Position numbers and translations under genes: made by a program. A stretch of 64,000 nt of DNA from Bdellovibrionales bacterium (GTDB taxonomy: Bacteria > Bdellovibrionota > Bdellovibrionia > Bdellovibrionales > UBA1609): contig CBDHDF010000011.1 in the NCBI GenBank assembly GCA_965261545.1, positions 416,001-480,000 on the forward strand, written 5' to 3'. Of the stretch, positions 28,947 to 39,416 are shown piece after piece. The number at the start of each line of letters is the position of its first letter. Within the stretch, counting starts at the first letter, position 1. The notes under the pieces were generated by a model. It was not told the DNA's origin. It did not search any database and saw only the letters and a program-made list of their open reading frames with translations.

Positions 28947-30466
28947 AAAAAGTAGGTGCATGTTTATTAATTTTACTTGGAATTGTATCTTTTATCTCTT
29001 TAATTTTACTCATTGCCATATCTTTTGATACATCTTTTGTAAAAAGAATATGGTCAGTTCTTCTATTTGATGAAAGCGCCATGAGTGCTCTAATTTCATG
29101 GTTAATTCTCATATTTTTTATGCATGCTCTTTTTAGTATTCGCTATGGAGAATCTCGAATTAGAAAGGCATTAGATTTTACAAACCATGAATTAAAAAAA
29201 ATTGGAACATCTAGAAATTGGGCACAAACTGAAGAAAATTATCAAAAATTGTGTAATATATTTTATCTTCCTCGTTGCGAAATACTCTTGCATTACTGGG
29301 AAGAATTTTCTGAATCTGTAGTATATGATGCCATAGAGTCAGAAAACAGTGAATACTCCTCTGAGTATGTAAACACCGAGCCTGCATCTAACTTTTTCAA
29401 CGCCCAATCCATTATCGTGGAGTACGACGATTGGGCACTAAACAAAACTGGTTATTTTGAAGGAATACCAACCATATTAACCGGACTAGGAATCCTTGGC
29501 ACATTTATTGGAATCATTCAGGGGTTACCCGAATCATTAAATTTAGAAAAAGATCTTCCAGCATTCTTAATTGGAATGAAAGGTGCTTTTACTACATCGA
29601 TACTTGGACTCTTTACTGCAATTACATTTACACTTATCGAAAGAATGTTATTCAGTCGTTTAGAACAAAAAGTAACAGAACTATCATCTTGCCTTGACTC
29701 TGCACTTCGTCGAAAGACTCAACAGGATTTTTTGGGGCGTATTGAAGAATATTCACGCAAGCAATACAGTGCTACACGTGAGCTCGCAATGGAGATTGGT
29801 CAAGAAGTTGTTAAAGGCATTACTGGTGGTGGAATAAGCACTGTTGAGATCTCTGACTCGGTTAAACAAGGGGTGACTGATGGGTTTGAAAGACTGTCAA
29901 AAATTCTGCAGAATCTAAGTTCTGCTCACGAGGATTTTGTCAAATCTGCAAATGACCTGAATGAGAAATATCGATCGATTGGACTCAGCGTGTCTAACCT
30001 TAATTCTGCATCCACAATCTGCACTAATACATTTGAAGTGAGCGCAAGGGAATTCTCATCGACAGCATCAAGTATTAGTGAGGCAAACAAGAGTTTGATA
30101 AGTACCACACTCGAAACTACCAAAAATATTTCAGAACAAAAATCAGTAGTTGAGTCTCTTGCAGCAGCATCAGTTTCTACAACAGAGAGTCTAAGTCAGC
30201 TTGCCACCACCAGTACACGAGTGGTCCAAGAGTATCAAGTTTTGTATAATGATTTTTCCCAAAAGGTAAACGCATTCAATTCTGAGAACAATAAGTCCCT
30301 TGAAGCTAACTTGAAGCTATTCGACCAAGAACTTGCAGGTGGAATGAATAAATGGAGAGATAACATAAACGCATTAAAGTTCATGCTTGAAGACTTGCAG
30401 CCTACGGTGGAAGAGTTAAATCAAAGCCTAACACAATTCAATAAAAGTCAGCGAGAATCTCAATAA
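28943..30466 (+). CDS. zorA: Zorya ZorA (MotA-like with helical tail)
   Basis: PTILTGLGILGTFIGI and GMKGAFTTSILGL TMs, long coiled tail; ATG 28943 overlaps the kinase TGA. Confidence 0.85.
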   Translation: MKKVGACLLILLGIVSFISLILLIAISFDTSFVKRIWSVLLFDESAMSALISWLILIFFMHALFSIRYGESRIRKALDFTNHELKKIGTSRNWAQTEENYQKLCNIFYLPRCEILLHYWEEFSESVVYDAIESENSEYSSEYVNTEPASNFFNAQSIIVEYDDWALNKTGYFEGIPTILTGLGILGTFIGIIQGLPESLNLEKDLPAFLIGMKGAFTTSILGLFTAITFTLIERMLFSRLEQKVTELSSCLDSALRRKTQQDFLGRIEEYSRKQYSATRELAMEIGQEVVKGITGGGISTVEISDSVKQGVTDGFERLSKILQNLSSAHEDFVKSANDLNEKYRSIGLSVSNLNSASTICTNTFEVSAREFSSTASSISEANKSLISTTLETTKNISEQKSVVESLAAASVSTTESLSQLATTSTRVVQEYQVLYNDFSQKVNAFNSENNKSLEANLKLFDQELAGGMNKWRDNINALKFMLEDLQPTVEELNQSLTQFNKSQRESQ

Positions 30467-31291
30467 ATGAGTAAATATAAAGCATCTTACACAAAGAAGG
30501 GCCAGAGCGACAGATTTGTCTGGGTTGCTTATTCCGACCTTAGTACAGTCTTGATGCTCTGCTTTATTCTCATATTTATAGTTTTGGCCGTTATCAATCA
30601 TCGTAAAACAGAAGAATCTCGTAAATTAAAAGACTTTGTAGATTCGACTACATTTGAACGTGAAAAAATATTAGATAAACTTGAAAATGTCATTAAGGAA
30701 GTTAGAAAAAGCCCTCAGTGTGAAAACACATTATGGAATGTTAACAGAGGACAAAACTCGATTCAAGTCTATTTTAAAAAGAAAGGTGCCAAGAAACTCG
30801 AATGGTTCAAAATGGGTGAAGAGCACTTAACTATTGATGGAAAACGATGCATAATTTTATTCGCAAAGCGGTGGTTATCAACTATTTATCTAGATCCACT
30901 GCGAGAAAAAATTTCACAACTTATTGTTGAAGGACACACAGATAGCAGTCGGTTATACGGATGTGTGGATATGAGGTATCCGGATAGAAGTAACTTTCTT
31001 TGTAATTTAGAATTGAGTCAAAAACGATCTCTCAATGCTGTAAAGGTTATCTTTGCCAATGTAACCAAAGGCAAGTTTATTGGTAATCCTATTGAATATA
31101 ATTGGAACCAATTTGTAAAGTGGCGCAAGGAGCGATTAACTGCTACAGGTAGGAGCTATGCTCTCCCTATATTTACGACACTCCCCGATGGACGGGTGCA
31201 GGAAGATAAAGATCGAAGTCGAAGAGTGGAATTTCGATTTACAATGAAAAGTCTTCTGGACAGGAGGACGACTTCACGTGGCTTTAATTAA
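30467..31291 (+). CDS. zorB: Zorya ZorB (MotB/OmpA-like)
   Basis: WVAYSDL TM motif, VEGHTDS, NLELSQKRS, SRRVEF. Confidence 0.88.
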   Translation: MSKYKASYTKKGQSDRFVWVAYSDLSTVLMLCFILIFIVLAVINHRKTEESRKLKDFVDSTTFEREKILDKLENVIKEVRKSPQCENTLWNVNRGQNSIQVYFKKKGAKKLEWFKMGEEHLTIDGKRCIILFAKRWLSTIYLDPLREKISQLIVEGHTDSSRLYGCVDMRYPDRSNFLCNLELSQKRSLNAVKVIFANVTKGKFIGNPIEYNWNQFVKWRKERLTATGRSYALPIFTTLPDGRVQEDKDRSRRVEFRFTMKSLLDRRTTSRGFN

Positions 31292-32471
31292 TTTTAAAAT
31301 ATTCAATTTGATACAACCATTGGAGATTCGAAGGGAAACTCGTTCAATACCAGTTTTTTTGGAGCAGAGTCTTCATGTAATCAATCCTTTAAAGTGGAGT
31401 AAAATACTTATAAAATTGAAAAAACAAGAGCGATTAACACAAGCTGAGCTATCAATTTGCTTGTTCAATCTCGATAAAATTAACTTGCCTATCTTCTCTT
31501 CGTTTGAGAATCAATTTCAAGAAAGAATGGGCATCAGTACGATTTCAAATTCATGCCGTCGTCTTTCAGAAACTCTTTCGCCAATAGACACGATAAGATT
31601 TATTTTGTCTAAAGAAGATCCACATTGGAGACTTGAAGAATTGTTGCCAGAAGGATTGTTAAAGTATAGAAATGAGCTTGCTACTGGTGATATTGAATCG
31701 CTAGTATCACTGACATTAACTAATGGGTCAGGTATCCGTGAGTTAGTTGAAAGCTTATCTCCGGCAGCTTCCCCTAAATCACTTTCGACCGGTCAGCAAA
31801 CTATTGTGAGGCTTGCATGTCAGTCTCCATATAACTTTGTCATGATCGATCGAGACCAATCTGAGTTGGTCGAATTAGTAGAAGATCTGAGTGACTCAGA
31901 TGTGGAAAAGATCGGATTGATCGACAATTGTGTACAGAAATACATAGAAAAGCACGAGAACTGGCGAACCAAGTTATTAAAGGTCAATAGCCCCTTAGTA
32001 GAGATTTGCAGGCATGTTAAGAAAACGTACACTCCACGCATAAGTAAAGAGTTTCACGAAGTAGCATACTCGATTTCAGTGGTTATTAAAGCAATTCATG
32101 AGCTTGAACGAGTGATCGACAAGCTGGCTGAGATTTCACCTGATCGAGGTGAATATTGGCGAAATAAGATTGTCGAGAGTGACGAGGTGCGTACAAAATC
32201 ACTTTCAAATGGAGTCGTAGGTTTAGCAGTAACATTTGGTGATTATGCGGTTGTTGAATTTGGCCCTACAGGAAACGCCGCTTATATCTACAAAAGGGAT
32301 CAATTCGCAGAATTTATAGCAAAGCGTAGTGATTGGAAAGATAAGGAAATGACTGTATCCTTACCCGGATATACTAGAGATGATGGCACTCTATTCCACA
32401 ATGCTTATGGGTGGGTCAATACTTTCGACGCTCTAGTTCAGCATTTGAAAAAATTAAGGAAAGATAAATAA
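31278..32471 (+). CDS. zorC: Zorya ZorC-like EH-signature protein
   Basis: R.EYW, FG...VVEFGPTGNAAYIY, LFH...W; lies between zorB and the helicase. Confidence 0.75.
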   Translation: MALINFKIFNLIQPLEIRRETRSIPVFLEQSLHVINPLKWSKILIKLKKQERLTQAELSICLFNLDKINLPIFSSFENQFQERMGISTISNSCRRLSETLSPIDTIRFILSKEDPHWRLEELLPEGLLKYRNELATGDIESLVSLTLTNGSGIRELVESLSPAASPKSLSTGQQTIVRLACQSPYNFVMIDRDQSELVELVEDLSDSDVEKIGLIDNCVQKYIEKHENWRTKLLKVNSPLVEICRHVKKTYTPRISKEFHEVAYSISVVIKAIHELERVIDKLAEISPDRGEYWRNKIVESDEVRTKSLSNGVVGLAVTFGDYAVVEFGPTGNAAYIYKRDQFAEFIAKRSDWKDKEMTVSLPGYTRDDGTLFHNAYGWVNTFDALVQHLKKLRKDK

Positions 32472-35400
32472 TGGGAATTTTTGATTTTTTTAAACGAGCA
32501 AATTTAAATGTGACCTGGGAAGCTGGTCAACGTGGAATTAGGGTTTTTCTCAAAGAACAAAATGGTAAATCTCTGCTATTACCAATGTCGCAAGAGAGAG
32601 GATTGGATCTTTCGAAATGGCAACCTGATGTTGCGCGTACTCTATACGATTTTGACATTGCTGTACGTCAGATTGGAAGCATTTCGGTGGAAACTTCCGA
32701 GGAGCAACTGGGTTTTACCCCTGAAGAGTTAGCTGAAAAAAATTGTGGATACGAAAACAGTGGAATTTTCCTTAGTTATAAACTTATTAGTGCCATTCGT
32801 TTTGGTGATGCTGAAGAGATCACTAGCATCTCTGAGTCGGATCTTCATTTTCTCAAGATACCCGAGTATGAGGAATTAAGAATCTCATTGTCTTCAACCG
32901 GACTGTACAAACACAGTGATTTCAAATTCAAGCTGCATATTCAAGATAAAAGTGGTTCTTCAATAATTGTCAGAGAGACTTTAGGTCATTTTGTCATAAG
33001 TACTTCTGGAAAACGTTATTTTGTAAATCCACTTGTGATAGGACTCATCAGGCGTATCGAGTCACATAAAAAGTTGAGGAAAACAAATAAATACAAGAAA
33101 GATTTGGGTGTGCGAGTCAAAGATTTTTCCGAAGTAAGAGACCTTGCAATGCGAGTTCATGTAAATCTGGATGAGTTTATTTCTTCAGAAGATGCAGTTT
33201 ATCTGGACCATCTTCCCTATGAGTTGGGGAGAGATATCGATGGAGAATTAATTGCGTCTCCTCGAATGCCTATTGATCATCAGGATCACGATAGAACTCT
33301 TGAAAAGCAACTAAATTCTACGAGCAATCTATCAGAGGCCAGTTATTTGAACTTGAAAAATAAGCAAGGAAGTAAAGATACTACAAAACGCGTCTTTCTT
33401 AGTGATTCTATAAAAGACGATAATGAAAAACTTCAGAAATTCAATCGCTTGTCACGAATCCGTAAGGAGACCTTGGCAGAGTCTCCTGAAACTTACTTTG
33501 GTTATTCTCCGCGTGAATATATTGGAGAAAGCTTTTCAGATCGTGTCTCTGGATTTATCGTAGGGAAAGCTAAGTCCAATCGGGCAGATATTAGCGACGG
33601 AAAGGAATGGGGGCAAGGTTTTGAAGAAGAATCTACGATGCTTCGTGCGACAGACAACTCCACAGTTCAAATAAATTATAAGCCACTGCCAGAAGAATAT
33701 GCTGCGATCAAACGATTAATCCCAGAGTTGAAGCACGAAGAAGTTGAGAGTGAAATTGAAAAACGCAGGGAATCGGGAGCATCATTGACACCTCTTCCTA
33801 GGAAGGCAACTCCAACCATTTTTGTCCCAGAGCTGGGTGATGAATACAATAGATCTGAGCTAGAAAGATTTCTAAAACAGGTTGAGGATTCATATCAAGT
33901 TAGTATTGAAGACGAGGAAGCTCCCGTAGCCAGGGAAAAGATCGCTGAAGCAGAAAGAACAGACAACCATATTGTAGAGTGGAACATGTCTCTAGATTCT
34001 GAACTTAAATATATTCCTCTAGTTTCTTTAAAACGTGCTTTACCTAAAGAATCAGCACCACAAAAAGACAAAATAAGTCTTGCCGTCGAAGGTGAGACAA
34101 GAAGAATTGGAAGTCCTCCAACTTGGCATTGGCAATCCATTGATCATGAAGGTTTCTCTTTAGCACCTGGATTCAAGAGCAATGTTAAGCTTTGGCCCCA
34201 CCAAAGAGTGGGGTATGCTTGGCTACGATGGATTTACGAGCATCAATCGTATGGTGATAACCCTCAACATCGAGGTGCTTTGATAGCTGATGATATGGGT
34301 CTTGGGAAAACAGTTCAAGTGATTGCACTTATTTCTTACATTAAGTCGTTGAAGTTCAGACAGTCTAAGCCGATATTAATAATTGCTCCTTTGGGATTAA
34401 TTCGCACAAGTTGGTTGCAGGATGGTTTTGCTTCTTTTCTAGAACCTGATTTCCTAGGCATGAGAGACCCTCAATCATTCAACATGGTACTGAACTTTTC
34501 AGATTGTCCGTACAAGCCTGATTTCTTTTTATCTAAAAGTGAGGCAGAGCGAATCAATGACGAAATGCGTAAAGAAGGAAAGAATATTAATGAGTGCTCA
34601 ATTAGTTTCGAGGTTAAAGATTGTTTGGAGCGTGTAAAAGATTGGTGCTCAGACAAAATTGTCATTACGAGTTACGAGACAGCTAGAAATAGAGGAATTG
34701 CCTTGGCATCTGTCGACTTCTCCCTGGTAATTTTAGATGAAGCGCAAAAGATAAAGAATACAGGGACACTACAATCAAATTCTGTGAAAGCACTGAAGGG
34801 TGACATGTATATTGCAATGACCGGAACTCCTATTGAAAATTCTTTAATGGACCTCTGGGGAATCATGGATTTTGTATTGCCAGATCATCTAGGAACTCAG
34901 ACTGATTTCAGAGAAGCATTTGTAGCAAGAATAAAGGGCTCTCATGCTGGTTCAGAGAAACGCATTGAGGCTCGAAAGGAACTAGAGTCAGCTCTTGAAC
35001 CAGTTTGGTTGAGACGGACCAAGAAAGAGGTTTACAAGGATTCAGCAGAGATTCCTGATATAATTCATTACGATTCAACTCGGGATCCTCATGGAAATAT
35101 TTTGAATAAACATGAAATTGAAATGAGTGAAACACAGGAAGAGAGATATAGGCAGTTTGCAAGCCTCTATGGGACTGATTCTGGAGGGGGGCTCCCTGCG
35201 CTTAGAGCTATGCTAGATGCATGCTCCGCTCCTTGGGGGGCAGATAAAGAAGTGATTTGGAAAAACAAGAGCGAATTATTTCACCTGTGTCCAAAGCTAG
35301 AAGTGCTTATTTCAATCCTTGAAAAAATTAGATCAAATTCAGACGAAGAGGGGAGAAAAGTCATCCTTTTTGCGAATATTCGTTCAATTCAGAGTGACCT

Positions 35401-36313
35401 CGCATACTTTATTTTTGACTGGAACCGCAATACTGGAGGAGAGCATGTCGAAGTAGAAGTATACAATGGCAAGGTGCCAGATAAGAAACGAGGCGAAATT
35501 CTTAGTAGATTTAAATCTGCTCCAGGATTTGCGATAATAATAATTTCTCCAAAAGCAGGTGGACTTGGACTTAATTTAACTGAAGCAAACCATGTCATCC
35601 ATTATACAAGAGAGTGGAATCCTGCTCTTGAGCGGCAGGCTACTGATCGAGCATATCGATTGAAACAAAAGCGGACGGTTCATGTTTACTACCCAACTAC
35701 AATTGGACGAAGTTCATCAAGTCCATCTGCAGAACAACATTTAGCTGAACTTTTGAGAGAAAAAAGAGATATTATGGATGATTTTACAATTTCGTCTGAA
35801 GAATCAAGTCTTGACAAGAATCTTAAGGAACATCTTCAACATGAGTCATCAGAGGATTTTCAAATTTCATCCGACAAATTAGATTTGATTAACGATAAAG
35901 AATTTGAGGCATACATAGCGTGCTTGTTTGAGTTAGTAAGAAATATGGAGACCTATGTGGTTGGAAAATCAAGAGATCGTGGTGCAGACGTGGTATGCTT
36001 AGGATTAGGAGGTGACCAGTGTTTACTAATTCAAGTTAAACACACTTGTTCCAAAAATGAAGCTGGAACCAAGGCAATTCAAGAAATTCGTGGTGCTAAG
36101 TCAGTATACGAAAGTAGCTTAAAGAAAGCATTCTCTTTAGTTGCAGCAACAAATTCTAAGTTTAGTATTGATTCAGAAAATTTAGCATCACAAGGTGATA
36201 AAGTACAGTTAATAGATATTGGTGAAATATCAAAAATGAGCAGAGGGATAAAAATTAATAAGAGTGATTTACGGAAGAAATTAAACTCTAAGCCACCGTT
36301 TAATATTCCGTAA
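32471..36313 (+). CDS. zorD: Zorya ZorD: SNF2 helicase with C-terminal Mrr-like nuclease
   Basis: IADDMGLGKT, ILDEAQKIKN, TGTPIEN, GLGLNL, WNPALERQATDRAYR; C-terminal EFE...DRGADVV..IQVKH. Confidence 0.85.
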   Translation: MGIFDFFKRANLNVTWEAGQRGIRVFLKEQNGKSLLLPMSQERGLDLSKWQPDVARTLYDFDIAVRQIGSISVETSEEQLGFTPEELAEKNCGYENSGIFLSYKLISAIRFGDAEEITSISESDLHFLKIPEYEELRISLSSTGLYKHSDFKFKLHIQDKSGSSIIVRETLGHFVISTSGKRYFVNPLVIGLIRRIESHKKLRKTNKYKKDLGVRVKDFSEVRDLAMRVHVNLDEFISSEDAVYLDHLPYELGRDIDGELIASPRMPIDHQDHDRTLEKQLNSTSNLSEASYLNLKNKQGSKDTTKRVFLSDSIKDDNEKLQKFNRLSRIRKETLAESPETYFGYSPREYIGESFSDRVSGFIVGKAKSNRADISDGKEWGQGFEEESTMLRATDNSTVQINYKPLPEEYAAIKRLIPELKHEEVESEIEKRRESGASLTPLPRKATPTIFVPELGDEYNRSELERFLKQVEDSYQVSIEDEEAPVAREKIAEAERTDNHIVEWNMSLDSELKYIPLVSLKRALPKESAPQKDKISLAVEGETRRIGSPPTWHWQSIDHEGFSLAPGFKSNVKLWPHQRVGYAWLRWIYEHQSYGDNPQHRGALIADDMGLGKTVQVIALISYIKSLKFRQSKPILIIAPLGLIRTSWLQDGFASFLEPDFLGMRDPQSFNMVLNFSDCPYKPDFFLSKSEAERINDEMRKEGKNINECSISFEVKDCLERVKDWCSDKIVITSYETARNRGIALASVDFSLVILDEAQKIKNTGTLQSNSVKALKGDMYIAMTGTPIENSLMDLWGIMDFVLPDHLGTQTDFREAFVARIKGSHAGSEKRIEARKELESALEPVWLRRTKKEVYKDSAEIPDIIHYDSTRDPHGNILNKHEIEMSETQEERYRQFASLYGTDSGGGLPALRAMLDACSAPWGADKEVIWKNKSELFHLCPKLEVLISILEKIRSNSDEEGRKVILFANIRSIQSDLAYFIFDWNRNTGGEHVEVEVYNGKVPDKKRGEILSRFKSAPGFAIIIISPKAGGLGLNLTEANHVIHYTREWNPALERQATDRAYRLKQKRTVHVYYPTTIGRSSSSPSAEQHLAELLREKRDIMDDFTISSEESSLDKNLKEHLQHESSEDFQISSDKLDLINDKEFEAYIACLFELVRNMETYVVGKSRDRGADVVCLGLGGDQCLLIQVKHTCSKNEAGTKAIQEIRGAKSVYESSLKKAFSLVAATNSKFSIDSENLASQGDKVQLIDIGEISKMSRGIKINKSDLRKKLNSKPPFNIP

Positions 36314-36337
36314 CATTTTTTAGAAAGATGAGGAAAG

Positions 36338-36547
36338 ATGGAAGATTTAGTGGGTGTGGAAAGAGAAGAAAAGAAAGAAATCTTAATCAAAGCGCATCAA
36401 TGGCAACTTGATATGAATCGTCCAATTGAAAAATTAGAAGACGCTAGTCAAATTGAACCTGACTTTGTTTTAAAAGTAAGAAAGTTGTGGCCTGGAGGAT
36501 TAGGTTCGTTTCTGAATGATTTAGCAAGATTTGGTCTTGAATCGTGA
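36338..36547 (+). CDS. Hypothetical small protein
   Basis: 69-aa ORF with GAGG RBS immediately after zorD. Confidence 0.4.
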   Translation: MEDLVGVEREEKKEILIKAHQWQLDMNRPIEKLEDASQIEPDFVLKVRKLWPGGLGSFLNDLARFGLES

Positions 36548-36719
36548 GGGCTCTAATCTGTCGAAGACAGAACTAAGAATTAAATCTGGAACCTAGTCTT
36601 AACTTATAAACTTATCTCACAACCATGAATAAGGTAGAAAGAAATTATGTTTGTTGTTTGAAAGAATAATTACAAGTAAGGAAATAAAGTCGAAACTATT
36701 TTTTCTAAAAATTATTTAG

Positions 36720-38984
36720 GTGAAAGAAATGATCTTGAAAATTAAAAATATAAAAAATTTTGGTGTGTTTAATAAAGACTTAATAGACCATCCGTCATTA
36801 GAATTTAAAAGATACAATCTAATTTATGGTTGGAATGCTTCAGGAAAGACGACACTTTCTCGTCTTCTCAGGTGCTTTGAGCTAGAAACAATTCATAGTG
36901 ATTTTCCTAATTCTGAATTTCAACTACAAATGGAAGATAAATCATCGCCCAATCATAAGAATTTAGATAAAATTTCAAATATCAGAGTGTTCAATAAAGA
37001 TTTTATAGATGAAAATATTTTTACGGGAGAAGGTAGAGCCAAACCTATATATTATATAGGAGAAGAAGATATAGAGAAGAAGAAAAAATTAGAAAATCTT
37101 AAAAAAATAAGAGAATGTAAAGAAAACAAGAAAGATTCTAAGCAAAAATATCTTCAAGAAAAAGAAAAAGAAGAAGATAATTTTATTAAATCCAAGTCGA
37201 GTGAAATAAAAAACGTATTAAGAACAGGAGAAAATGATGAATATACAAATTATGATAAATCAAATTTTAAATCTAAAATAAAGCAAATTGACAAAGAAAC
37301 ACATAAAATTTTACCTGAAAATGAGCTTGATCAAAAGAAAATAAGAATTAAACAAAATTTAAAAGGTAATATAGATTTTTTTCAAGAAAAAGACTTATTT
37401 GATGAACAAGATATTAAAGATGTAAATGAGATTTTAGAAAAAGAAGTTATTTCAGAAATTATAGAAAAATTAAAACATAACGAGGATCTTAACAAATGGA
37501 TTAAGGAAGGACTGAGTTTATATAATCAATCTGACAAAAGTATATGCCACTTTTGCGAGCAACCTGTGTCAAAACAAAGGATTGAGTCTTTAGAAAAACA
37601 TTTCAATGATGACTATAAAGACCTCATGTCTAAGGTAGACAGCCAGAAAAAGGTCTTGGAATCAAAAAAAAATAAATCTTCAGAATTAAATAAAGATTCT
37701 TTATATGATGATTTATCCTCAGAATTTGAAGTAAGAAAAAATGAACTAGACAAAGAAATAGAGAAATACAATCAGTTTATAGTTGGAATATCGGATCAGA
37801 TAGATAAGAAGAAAAATAATCCATTTCAAAAAATGAAAAGAATAAACTATAAATATTTTGAAATAAATAATTTAATTCAAAGATGCAACGATTTTATAAA
37901 TAAACATAACGAAAAAACTATGAATTTTAATGCTCAACGATTGAAAGAAAAAAAAGATATTGAAAATCATTTTTTATCTAAATCTCAAGAAGAATATGAA
38001 AATTTTGAGAGCACAATTATCGATTTTGAAAATAATATAAAGAATCTTAAAGATGAAGTTTCCAAGATAGATATAGAGATAAATCAATTATTTCACACAG
38101 AAAGAGATTATAAAATAACAGCCCAAGAAATCAATAAAAAATTGAGAAAATTTTTATACAGAGAAGAGTTGATATTTGAGGCCGCAGAAGAACAGGAGGA
38201 CGGATACTATATCAAGAGGTATCCCAATGGTGAATTTGCAAAATCTCTTAGCGAAGGTGAAAAAACAGCAATTGCTTTGATGTACTTTCTCTCAAAGTTA
38301 AAGGAAGAAAATTTTGATTTATGTAATGGAATTATTGTTATAGATGACCCTATTTCTAGTCTTGATTCCAATTCTATTTATCAAGCCTTCGGTTTTATAA
38401 AATCAGAAATAAGTGATGCAAATCAAATATTTATATTAACTCATAATTTTGATTTCTTTAAAAATGTTAAACACTGGTTTAAAAGGGATTATATGAAGGA
38501 TAAAAGTAAAAGAATGGCAGACCTTTTTATGATAAAGAATTTTTATGAAGAGAAGAAAAGAATGGCAACGGTAAGTCCTCTTGATAATTTATTGAAAAAA
38601 TATAATTCAGAGTATCATTACCTTTTTAAATTACTATATGATTCAAGAGATATGGAATCCTTTGTAGAAGTATATCCACTTCCTAATGTCGCAAGAAAAT
38701 TTATGGAAACTTTCTTGCCTTTTAAGTTTCCTTCAGAAACAAACCATGACAAACTCTTCTCTAAAGCAAAGAAGAAGGTTGGTTTTGACCCTGAAAAAAT
38801 AGAAAAAATAAAAAGATTTATAAATGCTCATTCTCATGCAGATATAGATGAGATGACTGGTTGGGATATAAGCCAATGGAGCGAGGGCAAAGACATTATA
38901 AGGGATATTTTAGACCTTGTTAAAAAGTTAGATGAAGAACATTATGAAGGGCTTTGTAAAGCCTTAAATAAAAGTACGCAGTAG
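36720..38984 (+). CDS. rloC: RloC-like anticodon nuclease (ABC ATPase, zinc hook, HEPN)
   Basis: YGWNASGKTT, CHFCEQ hook, LSEGEK, IDDPISSLD, LTHN, HEPN-like RFINAH. Confidence 0.8.
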   Translation: MKEMILKIKNIKNFGVFNKDLIDHPSLEFKRYNLIYGWNASGKTTLSRLLRCFELETIHSDFPNSEFQLQMEDKSSPNHKNLDKISNIRVFNKDFIDENIFTGEGRAKPIYYIGEEDIEKKKKLENLKKIRECKENKKDSKQKYLQEKEKEEDNFIKSKSSEIKNVLRTGENDEYTNYDKSNFKSKIKQIDKETHKILPENELDQKKIRIKQNLKGNIDFFQEKDLFDEQDIKDVNEILEKEVISEIIEKLKHNEDLNKWIKEGLSLYNQSDKSICHFCEQPVSKQRIESLEKHFNDDYKDLMSKVDSQKKVLESKKNKSSELNKDSLYDDLSSEFEVRKNELDKEIEKYNQFIVGISDQIDKKKNNPFQKMKRINYKYFEINNLIQRCNDFINKHNEKTMNFNAQRLKEKKDIENHFLSKSQEEYENFESTIIDFENNIKNLKDEVSKIDIEINQLFHTERDYKITAQEINKKLRKFLYREELIFEAAEEQEDGYYIKRYPNGEFAKSLSEGEKTAIALMYFLSKLKEENFDLCNGIIVIDDPISSLDSNSIYQAFGFIKSEISDANQIFILTHNFDFFKNVKHWFKRDYMKDKSKRMADLFMIKNFYEEKKRMATVSPLDNLLKKYNSEYHYLFKLLYDSRDMESFVEVYPLPNVARKFMETFLPFKFPSETNHDKLFSKAKKKVGFDPEKIEKIKRFINAHSHADIDEMTGWDISQWSEGKDIIRDILDLVKKLDEEHYEGLCKALNKSTQ

Positions 38985-39095
38985 TAGTGATTTTTTGTCT
39001 TTCTTACACATCATTTATAAAATAAACACCCCTTACATTTCTCTAACCAAGGAGGTTCGCGCCCACCGATTTACTATTACACATGGCAATATAGC

Positions 39096-39416
39096 ATGAT
39101 CTTTCACCCATTATCTTCGATAAGGAGGTCATTATTTCTCATGAAAAATCAAAAAAAGGCGGGAGAGATCAAGACATGCTCTAAGTGCTTCAGAGAGTTG
39201 CATTTAGATCAGTTTTATTCTAAAGGAAATCGCATAGATAGCTGTTGCAAGGCGTGTAAAAAAGCGCAAGTTCGGTCTACATATGTAGCCAGAAAACATC
39301 CCATAAATTTAAGAAAACTCCAAGAGTTTGTTACTATGGCCTGTGAGCTTGAAATGAAAAGGCTCGACCAGATTATCAACCAACTCGATGAAATCATCGA
39401 AAGGAGAACAAGATGA
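39096..39416 (+). CDS. Small CxxC zinc-binding protein coupled to the recombinase
   Basis: CSKC...CKAC; ATGA overlap with the recombinase; AAGGAGG suggests a start at 39141. Confidence 0.55.
   Translation: MIFHPLSSIRRSLFLMKNQKKAGEIKTCSKCFRELHLDQFYSKGNRIDSCCKACKKAQVRSTYVARKHPINLRKLQEFVTMACELEMKRLDQIINQLDEIIERRTR

Noticed and set aside
28943..31291. Flagellar stator motAB
   Set aside because: Long ZorA-type tail and downstream EH-signature and SNF2-Mrr genes indicate Zorya; no flagellar context.
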